From: Geosiphon pyriformis uo1
Taxonomy: Eukaryota > Fungi > Glomeromycota
Direction of reading: 5' to 3'
DNA: 22,885 nt
Assembly: GCA_016748015.1 (NCBI GenBank)
Contig: JAAOMT010000366.1
Location: 167,068 to 189,952 of the forward strand
Positions 1-9,375 of the stretch are shown here, in pieces. Position numbers and translations under genes: made by a program. The first letter of the stretch is position 1. Every line of letters starts with the position of its first letter. The notes beneath the pieces are model-generated. The model was not told the DNA's origin. It saw only the letters and a list, made by a program, of their open reading frames with translations, and searched no databases.

Positions 1-448
1 ATATATATTATAAATAAAATATATATTTGTTATTTATTATAATTAAGTTAATTTTTAATTAATATTTAAAATATAAGCTTAAATAAAAAATTATAAAAAA
101 TTTAAACATAATAAAAATAAAATATAAAATTATTCATATAAAAATAATTATAATAATTTTATTAAATATAAAAAAATTTTGTATTTTTTAAAATAAGTTG
201 TTTAAAAAAGATTTTGTTAAATTATATAAGATATTTTAAGTTTTTCATATTTAAATAAAAATATTAATTAATATAGAAAATTGCTAAATTAATCTATTTA
301 CAATATATTATTACCAACTAAAAAGTAAAAGAAAATTAACATAAAATTAATTTTATAATTCTTATTATTTACTATTATATATTAATTAAATTATATTTTA
401 TTATTAATTATTTTATTATTATTTTATTAAATTATCAAAAATTAATAT
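1..448. other. Extremely AT-rich non-coding host flank
   Basis: Almost entirely A/T with no credible ORF. Composition resumes in a similar way after 22735. Confidence 0.7.
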
Positions 449-588
449 AAAAAAAAACTTTTTTCTCTCCTTCGTCCCAAATTCCTGAAAAAGAGTCAAA
501 TTTTGAAAGAAGTTTTTTCTGTTTTTGCATACTGTCTTCCATTATTTTACAAGAATCAAACCCTTTTGTTGTTGGTCCAGCTGCCACT

Positions 589-2432
589 ATGAGTGGTCCT
601 AGTGTTAAGAAAAGGTCTGCCAGAGTCTTGACCACTAGTTCAGTTAATGGTGGTTCAACTCAAAAAGTCAAAAAGCCTCTCAGTGGTGTTAAACTTTCAG
701 GTACAGATAAGAATCTCAAAGTTGGTGAACCTGTTAGTGTAGATGGGCAACTTACTAGCATGGATATGAATAAAGAAGCCTTTGATGGTAAAGCCACCTC
801 TGACTCTCAAATGAATATGCCCAATGCGAAGCGTTTCAATACTGGTGCAGTTATCGTTTCCCTTTTCGGCTCTATCAATTATAACATGGATGATGATGAA
901 AAGGAAGTTTCTCTTCCTTCTCGGTTGTTTTTCTCTTTGGAAAAGATGTGAGTGGACCCCAAAATTGTTAAAACTCAGGTGGAAGTGGCTGTGAAAAAAT
1001 CATTTGCTTTGGACATCAATCTTTCAGCTGTGGAAAGGAAATCGGCAACGGCTAAAACTCAGGTTGTTAGGAAATTATTTTCAGGAATCAATGGTTTTGA
1101 GGGGGCCACTATCCCCTCAAAATTTGAAGGGATCATCCGATCAACATTTACTTCATTGGAAAGCATGGAAAAGGCCACGTTATTGGCCAAGAAAAATAAC
1201 ATCATTGTAAACAGTGATCTCAAGAGACAGAGAATACACTCAGATCAGGCCATAATAATCAGGAAATTCCCATAAATATGCCAAAGGAAATGATTGTCGC
1301 CACAGTGTCTGAATTTGGTCAAGTGGTGTCAATCCGATTGCAACTTATTGGGCTGTGGCAAAAGGCTATAGTGGAGTTTGTCGAATCAAGTCAGGCAGAT
1401 CAGTTGGCAGCTAAGTGGTCATTCTTAATTGGGAAGGATTCAGTGCGCGTGGCCAAGGCTGTGCAGGATCGTGAAATGTGAGTGTCTAGAGATCGGTATA
1501 GAGCGCTTTTGTTTACTTTGCCAGTGGGAACAACAGCTCATGATCTTGGCGATCTTTTGGCGGGGGCTGGTGAGAAAACTTGTGTCATTAATCATTTTTT
1601 AGTCACTGGCAATAGGATTCATTGTGCTGTGATTTGTTTTGAGAATGATGAGGATTTGGAGTCTGTGTTTCGTACAGAGCCTATTTTTGGTGGGGTAAAA
1701 CTTTCTTGGGCTAGATTGGATCTGGTTCGATGTGACCAGTGTGAGAAACTTGGTCATTTAATTCTGGAGTGTGGTGCTGAGGTCTCACATTCTCCTAAAC
1801 TTTCCAAATCATTTAAAAAGATTGTCTCTGATGAAACCTGCCTCCAGTTGGCCAAACTATATGCAAAAAAGAGTGTGCCTATTTCTAGACCAGCTGCGTT
1901 CGGCAGCAAATCATGGGCCCAAGTTGTCTCTCTAGCATCTTCATCTAATGATCCTCACTTTGGTTCTGGTTCTGATTTTGTCTCTTCTTCTGGCACCTCA
2001 GGTTTGGTTGGTAACTCGTCTCTCGCAGGTTCTGTTGGTTCGATTTTGGAAACTCATCTCACTTCTTTGGAGCGCTCTTTGGAACTTCTCATGGATAAGG
2101 TGTCCGGTATTATTGACAAACTTGACAGTTTAAGCTTGGTGCCCTCGGCTCTTGATTTTTCTTCTCAGCCCTTGGCTGCTCCTGGTTTGGTTAATATGAA
2201 ACTTGGTTTGGATATGGTTTTGGATGAACCTGATTCTGTGGTTATTCCTTCTTCTTCGGTTTCCTATGATACCTCAAGTTTGGGTTTGAGTAGTTCGAAA
2301 GTTCTGACTTCGAAAGTGGATTGCTTGGAATCAAAGTTGGTGGCTCTCGAAGCTTCGGTTAGTTCGGTATTAGAGAAGTTAGATCAGATGTGTGCTGGCT
2401 CGGGTTCTGCGGTTTCTTTTGCAACCCGATGA
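589..2432 (+). pseudogene. LINE-A ORF1 (gag-like nucleic-acid chaperone: RRM-like segments, CCHC zinc knuckle, C-terminal coiled-coil-like region), disrupted
   Basis: ORF pieces 589-951, 952-1275, 1278-1481 and 1482-2432 join through two TGA stops (probably from TGG) and one 1-nt frameshift near 1260. CDQCEKLGHLILEC (CX2CX4HX4C) at 1731-1772. Collinear with LINE-B ORF1. The RRM assignment is by eye. Confidence 0.85.
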
Positions 2433-3847
2433 ATGATTTAGTATGGAAGATAGCCACATGTAATGTTAGGGGAATGAACAATTCAGCTAAGTAAGAGGAC
2501 ATTATACGTTGGCACAGAGATATGAACAATTTAGTTTCAATTGTCACTGAGACAAAGTTAAAAGATAAGGTACGGCCTTGGATTGCTAGCAAGTTCAATG
2601 GTGTTTGGGTCTTCATTTCCGATTTGAATTCTGGTCATCTTGGTTCTGGTGTGGCGATTGTTATGAACAATTCTCTGGCCAGGCACGTGTGCAAAGTTTC
2701 TGAGGTCCCTGGTCACCTTATTTCTGTCAAGTTGCTTTTTAAGAATAAACTCTCGGTTTCTTTTTTGGGTCTGTATGCTGGCGCATCGGCTTCGGTGCGC
2801 TTCTCTCAGGCCAATGACATGAATGCTATGATTGCTAGTGCTGTGAATAAATCATCTTTTGTGGTCTTAGGTAGTGACTTCAATGAGGATGGTTTGCATA
2901 GAAGCGCCAGTTTCAGGAAGTGTGATAGCTTGGGTCTGGTCAACTCTCTTGTCTACAGTCTGTTTGTGAAAGTTCCAACTTGGAGTAATTCCCGGGGTGT
3001 GACAAAGACAATTGATTATCTTTTTGTATCTTCCAATTTGGTCAATGCTATTGTGGATTGTGATGTTTTGGATGTGTCCAACTTCTTTGATACTGACCAT
3101 TAAGCTGTTTCTGCATCGATTGGTTTAGGTGGTCTCTTGAATATGCGTTTGTGTTCTGTTCGCAAGCAGGCCAATAGGGATCGTTGGAAGTACAATTTTA
3201 AGGATGTTAGTGTTGCCTTGTGGTTGAGATTCAGGGAGGCCACAGCAGTGAATGCTGCCATGTTCTCTGATGATTTCTTGGCTGCCAGGGATCTGTCTAA
3301 TTTGGATGTGATGTGAGATGCTGTTCAAAAAACTATGTGTTTTTCAGCGAGTGAAGTTTTCAGAAAAAAATGGTTTAAAGATTATGACGGCATTTTCACT
3401 AAGCATTCGTCCAGGTTCTATAAGCTAGAACTTTTAGTGTCCAAGTTGGTCAAAGCTTCCCGTTTTGTTGATTGTGATGTGTTCGTATTACTGCTTGATA
3501 CTTGGAAAGTGCCTGATTCTGCTAGTGCTGCTGTGATGAGGTCTCTTTTTCTCTCAAAGTCTCCTTTTGACAACATTCATTCAGCTCTGTCCAAAGCCAG
3601 GAAGTCTTATCGTGTCTCAAAGTTATTGGAATCGAAACGTGCTGAAGAGTCGCAGATTAGATCTGCTGTTAATAAAAAGATGGAGACCTTTGAATCTAAC
3701 AAGGGTTACACTATTAGAAGCATCTTGGAGAAGCCTTTTCGCAAGGTGGTTTTGGATCATTTGGTAGTTGGTGATGAGCTGTATTTGGAACCTGATCATG
3801 TTAAAAAAAAAGTGGATGAAATTATGGAGGCGTGGACTTGTAAACAT
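2429..3847 (+). pseudogene. LINE-A ORF2, 5' part: APE-type endonuclease plus linker
   Basis: Starts MNDLVWKIATCNVRGMNN at ATG 2429. APE motifs NVRG, TETK, GLYA, GSDFN, IDYLFVS and TDH are present. In-frame stops at 2492, 3101 and 3314. Cut after ...EAWTCKH by the LTR at 3848. Confidence 0.92.
3844..3847. repeat. Target-site duplication ACAT (left copy) of the Gypsy insertion
   Basis: ACAT immediately precedes TGTTAC at 3848, and the same ACAT follows GTAACA at 12506-12509. Confidence 0.9.
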
Positions 3848-4848
3848 TGTTACTGGAGGTTTTTGGTCTCTTTTCTGTAATGTTGTTGATTTTTATTTGC
3901 TGTGAATTCACGTTTTCAGGAAGTAGTTGAACCTCCAATAACTGAATTTATTTTCAAATTATCTTCTATAATTTGAACTTGCTGGGCTTATAAGTAGAAT
4001 GGCCAATTCTGTGCCAGTTGCTTTATGTAGTTACATTGTAGTAAACATCAACTCTTTCCCAGGAATTGCTCATCTGGAAGCTCACTAAAAATGTGTAGTT
4101 ACTTTGCTGTAAAAGTCAACTCTTCTACAGGAATCTTGTCTGTAGGCTACTTTAATGATTGTAATAAGAAAAGAAAAGAAAAATAAAAGAAGTGTAAAAG
4201 AAATAGGATTTTATCAAGAGAAACGTTTTCTATCCAGGCCTGAAGTCACTAACAGTTTACTGAAATTGGTAGCTAATCAATTTCAAAATGTTAGTTGGTT
4301 TTTGGGGATTTTTCAAGGGCAATAATTAAAGAATTTGGTTTTTCAAATTATTTGGTATTTATTTCTTTTTGTGTGTGTAGAAATGGTTTTAAGTAATAAA
4401 TCTAAAGTAAGATACATTTTCTTGAAAAGAGAAGCTTTTCTTTTATACAACTTGTTATAACACTATTCTATGAACTTGAACTTTGCTATTTTCTACAATT
4501 TCGCTGAACTAAAGATACATTTCGGCAAACTACAAGTTATTTCTGTGAACTATTAGATATTTCGGTGAACTATCAATTATTTCAGCGAATTTCTATAAAT
4601 TTCAGCAAACTTCTATAAATTTTGGTGAACTTTTGAATGTTACATAGTTTGGAGTATTACATGATTGATCATTGCAATTAGGTTACATTTGTGTTGTGTA
4701 CAATTTGGGTTATTAATTAAATGATAATTTCGGACATTCTTTGCTAATATAATAAGTGATAATTTGAAACGATAATATATGCTAATTAATGATAGGAATT
4801 ATAAGATAGTTTCATGCTAAATGATATCTCTAATTTCATCTGGTAACA
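3848..4848 (-). repeat. 3' LTR (1001 bp)
   Basis: Begins TGTTACTGGA and ends TCTGGTAACA (inverted termini). About 94% identical to 10985-12505 once the artefactual duplication is removed. The PPT is adjacent at 4849-4862. Confidence 0.95.
4500..4633. repeat. 20-bp-period tandem array inside the LTR (inferred consensus TTCGGCGAACT-N7-AT, ~7 units), U3 side
   Basis: Units start at 4500, 4521, 4541, 4561, 4581, 4601 and 4621. The equivalent array is at ~12157-12290 in the other LTR. Confidence 0.85.
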
Positions 4849-5527
4849 TAACCTCTTCCTCAAGACTGAGCTCTGTTGAAGTCCAAGTACTGTCTGTTAT
4901 TTCCAGATAATAATCCAAAATTATTGAAGAAATTTGGTCTGAAAATTGTTGAAATTTCAGTTCTGTGAGTTTTCCGATGTNNNNNNNNNNNNNNNNNNNN
5001 NNNNNNNNNNNNNNNNNNNNNNNNNNNNNNNNNNNNNNNNNNNNNNNNNNNNNNNNNNNNNNNNNNNNNNNNNNNNNNNNNNNNNNNNNNNNNNNNNNNN
5101 NNNNNNNNNNNNNNNNNNNNNNNNNNNNNNNNNNNNNNNNNNNNNNNNNNNNNNNNNNNNNNNNNNNNNNNNNNNNNNNNNNNNNNNNNNNNNNNNNNNN
5201 NNNNNNNNNNNNNNNNNNNNNNNNNNNNNNNNNNNNNNNNNNNNNNNNNNNNNNNNNNNNNNNNNNNNNNNGAATACTAATTGGAATGAGCATTAGGTTT
5301 TCTCTTAAAGCAAGCTTTAAAAGTTCTGGCAGGTGAATTCCAGTATAACTTCTTGTGTTCTTTTTATACGGGTAATATTTTCGTGAATTTGGGGCTAAAT
5401 TTGTAACTACTTCTGTTTGGGTATAATTTATGTGGTTTCCAGTAACAGTAATAGATAATTCGGGTATTGTTTTTAAAGCTAACATTAGTTTTTGGGATAA
5501 TTGTTGAATGTTTTGAGGAATAGTCAT
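4817..5527 (-). CDS. Extra ORF (ORF3) of unknown function between integrase and the 3' LTR; middle hidden by the N gap 4981-5271
   Basis: ATG at 5527 after an AT-rich spacer of ~115 bp. 85 open codons precede the gap, and ~53 open codons follow it, running through the PPT into the LTR. Continuity across the gap is unproven and no homology is recognised. Confidence 0.55.
   Translation of the reverse strand: MTIPQNIQQLSQKLMLALKTIPELSITVTGNHINYTQTEVVTNLAPNSRKYYPYKKNTRSYTGIHLPELLKLALRENLMLIPISIXXXXXXXXXXXXXXXXXXXXXXXXXXXXXXXXXXXXXXXXXXXXXXXXXXXXXXXXXXXXXXXXXXXXXXXXXXXXXXXXXXXXXXXXXXXXXXXXXXIGKLTELKFQQFSDQISSIILDYYLEITDSTWTSTELSLEEEVMLPDEIRDII
4849..4862 (-). promoter_or_regulatory. Polypurine tract (plus-strand primer)
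   Basis: The minus strand reads TGAGGAAGAGGTTA immediately before the LTR start TGTTACCA. Confidence 0.8.
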
Positions 5528-5642
5528 TATAAGTAATTGAAAAAATAAAAAATTATTTTTGGTGTATGGGTTTTTATGTTATTTTTGTTTTGTTTTTGTG
5601 AGATTGTTTCTAAATTATAAGAGAATAACTAGTAAAATTAAA

Positions 5643-7028
5643 TTAAGTGTTCAGTTTGGAAGGTTGTTCAATGACAACTATTGGTTCTAAGTTTTGGGGA
5701 ATATCTTCGGGACTAACCAAAGAAGAATGTGTACCAATTTGTGAAATTAATAGTTCAGGATTGTTTCTGAAATGATAGTGTTTCAAACAATCTCCATGTG
5801 CAACTTTTGCTAGAATTTTGTTATCAAGTCTTAGCTTGTATAATCCATTGCCTAGGATTTCATGGATAAAGAATGGTCCATCCCATTTATTTTCAAATTT
5901 TTCACTCCATTGTTTTTCAGCTTTAGTTTTGTGTAAGAGAACTTTGTTTCCAATTTTGAATTTATTGGTGACTGAAGGTAATTTGTCATCATGCCATTCT
6001 TTTTGTTGAGCTTGGGAGTGTTCAATATGGGTGGCTGCTATTCATTGTTTTCCTTCCAATGTGCTAAGCAAAGTGTAGGCTCTTCGCTGAAGCATTTCTT
6101 GGAAATTGTTTTCATCGATTAGTTGTGCTGGGTATGTTTCCACTGTGAAACTAATTGGTAACGTTGCCGTCTTTCTATAAGTTAAATCAAATGGTGTGTG
6201 TTTCGTGGTATCTTGTTTTAATGTCCTATATGCTAGTAACACTAATGGAATAAAGAGATCCCATTCTTGCTCAAAATCGGTTGAGACTTTGGCTAATGAC
6301 TCACACAATGTTCTGTTAAAACGTTCCACAAGTCTGTTTGTTTGTGGATGGTAAGGCGAAGACAGAGGTCTTTTGACATTGAATTGTTCACAAATTTTTT
6401 GTATCAGGTTGTTCACAAAGTGTGTTCTCTGATCGGATAAAAGTTCAATTGGACATCCATGTCTACAAATGATGTCTTCGTAGATGAAATTTGCTACTGA
6501 TTTTGTATCTGCTCGTTGAATGGCTCTGGCTTTAGGCCATTTAGTAAGATAGTTTACAGCTACTGCAATATAACAGTTTCCTTGAGTGGTAATAGATAGT
6601 GGTCCAACTAAATTGATACCAACTCTGTCAAAAGGCTGTCCAACTTTGATTGGATTTAAAGGTTCTGTAGGGTGAGTTCCTCCTTTTCTTTGACAATTAT
6701 CACAAGATTCGACATATTCGTGAATGTCTTTTCTCATTCGAGGCCAAAAGTAGTATTCTAGTGTTCTTTGGGTGGTGCTATCTTTTCCGAAGTGTGCTGA
6801 TAAAGAATCTGAGTGCATATTGTATAAAATAGTCTTTTTTTTCTGTTTTTGTATTAATCTGAGTGGTTTGGTTGGGTTTTTGAAATTTTGATGATAGATA
6901 ATATTGTTGTGTAGAAAATATTGTTTGGCTTGTTGTTGTAACTGATGTTTTTTGTCTGGAGACCAATCTGTTGGGATTGTTAATGTCTCCAAATATTGTT
7001 TGAGATTGTTGTAGTTTTCGGGGTTCAT
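5643..7028 (-). pseudogene. Gypsy integrase (H2C2 zinc-binding domain, DDE core, C-terminal GPF/SH3-like region)
   Basis: MHSDSLSAHFGK...CDNCQ zinc motif; core GINLVGP (D>N), LLSDQ and YHPQTNRLVERFNRTL. The frame continues past the TGA at 6042-6044 through KWDGPFFIHEILGNGLYKL to TAA at 5643. No chromodomain is seen. Confidence 0.93.
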
Positions 7029-7079
7029 TGTTTGTTGTTTTGATGCTGTTAATTCAAATGGGTGTTGGTTTTTTGTTTT

Positions 7080-8242
7080 CTAATCTTGCCTCATTTTTGA
7101 GAGACAATCAATGTTGGTGTGGAGTTTTCCTGGTTTGTGGTGTACGATGTATCGGTAATTAGCTAAAAATTCTGTCCATCAGGTTTGTTTTGCGTTCAGC
7201 TGAGTGTTTTTGTTTTGAAGCCATTTAAGTCCAATATTATCAGTAATAATATCGAATTCTTTGGGTCTGAGGTAAAGGTTGAAGTGATGTAGAGCCCAGA
7301 TTACTGCTATAGTTTCTAATTCTGTTGTGGAGTAGTTCTTTTCGGCTGGCTTTAATGTTCTACTAGCATAAGCAATTACTCGCTCATTTTTATTGTCATC
7401 TAACTGTAATAGGATGGCACCAAAGGCAGTATAAGAGGCATCAGTTGCTAACCAGAATTGGTTGCTGAAGTCTGGGTAGGCAAGGATTGGAGCTGTTGTG
7501 AGTTTTTTCTTAAGTATCTTGAAGGCATTTTGGTGTTTTTTTGTCCATTTGTATTCGACATTTTTAGTAGTGAGCTGGTTGAGGGGTTTTGCAATTTCTG
7601 AGAATCCTTTGATGAATTTTTGGTAATAGAATGCTAATCCAATAAATCCTCTTAATTCTGTGGTATTTTGTGGAGTCTTGAAGTTTTTGACAATACTGAT
7701 TTTTCCGGGGTCTGGTTTAATTTCATCTTTGCTAACAATGTGACCAAGAAAAGCTAAACTTGTTTTTCCGAAGTAGCATTTTTCAATGTTCAGTTTCAAT
7801 CCTGCTTTCCGTAATCATTGAAAAACTTCTCGCAAGTGAATTAAATATAGCTCAAAAGATGGTGAATAAACATCAATGTCATCAAGATAAACTACTACTG
7901 ATTTCCAAAGGAGGCCTTTGTAAACAACATCCATGAGTCTTTGGAATGTTGCTGGTGCATTACATAATCCGAAAGGCATTACATTGAACTTGTAATTTCC
8001 TCCTTGAGTGGTGAATGCTGTTTTGGGACAGTCTTTGGGATCCATAGCAACTTGCCAGTATCCACTCTCTAAATCTAATGTTGAAAAGTATTTGACCTTT
8101 CCAAGGGCATCCAACATGTCATCAATTTGGGGAAGAGAGTAGGCATCCCCAATGGTGACACTGTTGAGTTGTCGGTAATCAACACAAAATCGTATCTTTC
8201 CATTTTTCTTTTTAACTAGAACCACAGATGAAGCCCATAGAC
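7080..8242 (-). pseudogene. Gypsy reverse transcriptase plus RNase H (RT N-terminus missing at the adapter junction)
   Basis: RT motifs WASSVVLVKKKNGKIRFCVDYRQLN, LDLESGYWQV, VMPFGLCNAPATFQRLM and VYLDD; RNase H motifs LATDAS, ELETIAV and ITDN. One frame with in-frame stops at 7815, 7179 and 7080. Confidence 0.95.
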
Positions 8243-8261
8243 CTGTCTCTTATACACATCT
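8243..8261 (+). other. Tn5 mosaic end / Nextera adapter remnant (assembly artefact)
   Basis: Exact 19-mer CTGTCTCTTATACACATCT, translating as DVYKRQ on the minus strand. It sits exactly where the pol frame and homology break. Confidence 0.95.
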
Positions 8262-9375
8262 TGAATTTGAGCTTCTTGGGTTGGGTAGGTGTGACTTGCA
8301 ATTTGGTGGTAGACTTTTACTTCATCTTTGTAATTGAATCCAGCCAATTCCATAGTGTATTCAATGTATTCTGCTTCCTTCATTTGACAAACATCTTCTT
8401 TGGTAGCTCTATTAATTAATGCCATTGCTAAGTCGAAAATCATCTTGGCATCATGAGGGTAGTAATAAAGTTTGTTGAGAGCACTGTTGTATGCTGCATT
8501 AAAGAGTGTTTTTCTTTTTACTTTTTCTGAAATTGATAAAGCATATTGGCAGGTCTGATTGCAGACACCTCCTTTCATTGCTACATTAATCCAATTGCAT
8601 TCTTCTGGTAGCATATCTCCACAAGTCAAACAAGGGGTGTTGTCCCATTTTCTGCTTCTTTTTATTAGATGACCCCATCGCTCTCTGTGGCAAGCCTTGT
8701 AGTAATAACAAGTATGATTCTCATATTCTTCTTCAGGTAAAATGCAGGCTCCTATTGACAATAGTTTCTTGTGACAGTCCTTACATTTAAGGGGAATATA
8801 GGGGCATTGTTTCCTTGGTTCAGGTTTTGAGTAAGGTATATTCCATCTAGAGGTTTCGGGTTTAGTGTGTGGGGTAAAATGTTCTTGTTTTGTTTCATTG
8901 GCCCAGTTGGACGTTGATCCAAGAGCCATGAATGTTTTGATTATTGGTTTTTCTTCTTCTGGTTCAAATTCAAAAGCTGGGGCTTTTTTAGAGCATTTGT
9001 TAAATGTACCACAAATGACAGATACCCAGGCGTGTTGTTCTTGGTAGGAGATTGTTAACTCTTGTGTTTTCCAATTCAGATTAGCATTGGCTTTTTGAAG
9101 CCAATCATTTCCGATGAGAGCTTGGTACTGGGGTGCGTTCATTACAAGAACTTTGACTGAAATGGTGATTCCATCAAGAGTGAATAGAAAATTGTCAATT
9201 TCTCCTACTGGGGTCTTTTTTATGCCATCGGCAGTGACGATTACTGTTTGAGCTAGTCAGTCGACATTTCTTTTCAACTGTTGCATTAACTGGTAGGTAA
9301 TAATGCTTCCGGCAGATCCACTGTCTAGGATCAAGCGAATTGGCTTTCCTTCTACTTCAGCTTTTGTATACATTG
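8262..9375 (-). pseudogene. Gypsy aspartic protease followed by an uncharacterised Cys-rich region
   Basis: MYTKAEVEGKPIRLILDSGSAGSII with DSG at 9317-9325, then ALIGNDWL. After that come CKDC, CYYYKAC, CLTC and CNQTC clusters in the same frame up to the adapter. Confidence 0.85.

Noticed and set aside
435-635. 66-aa minus-strand ORF at the LINE-A 5' end (ORF0-like)
   Set aside because: It is short, has no counterpart in the ORF track for LINE-B, and ends in AT-rich flank outside the element.
4500-4633. CRISPR-like repeat/spacer pattern
   Set aside because: The period is only 20 bp with ~10-bp degenerate cores, it lies inside an LTR and is duplicated in the other LTR, and there are no cas genes in this eukaryotic TE context.
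5643-5790. Chromodomain at the integrase C-terminus
   Set aside because: The tail is short and lacks the aromatic chromodomain pattern (no YLVKW-like motif).
8243-8261. Real Tn5/IS50 transposon end or horizontal transfer
   Set aside because: The sequence is the engineered mosaic end used in library preparation. It is a single copy with no transposase and no 9-bp TSD.
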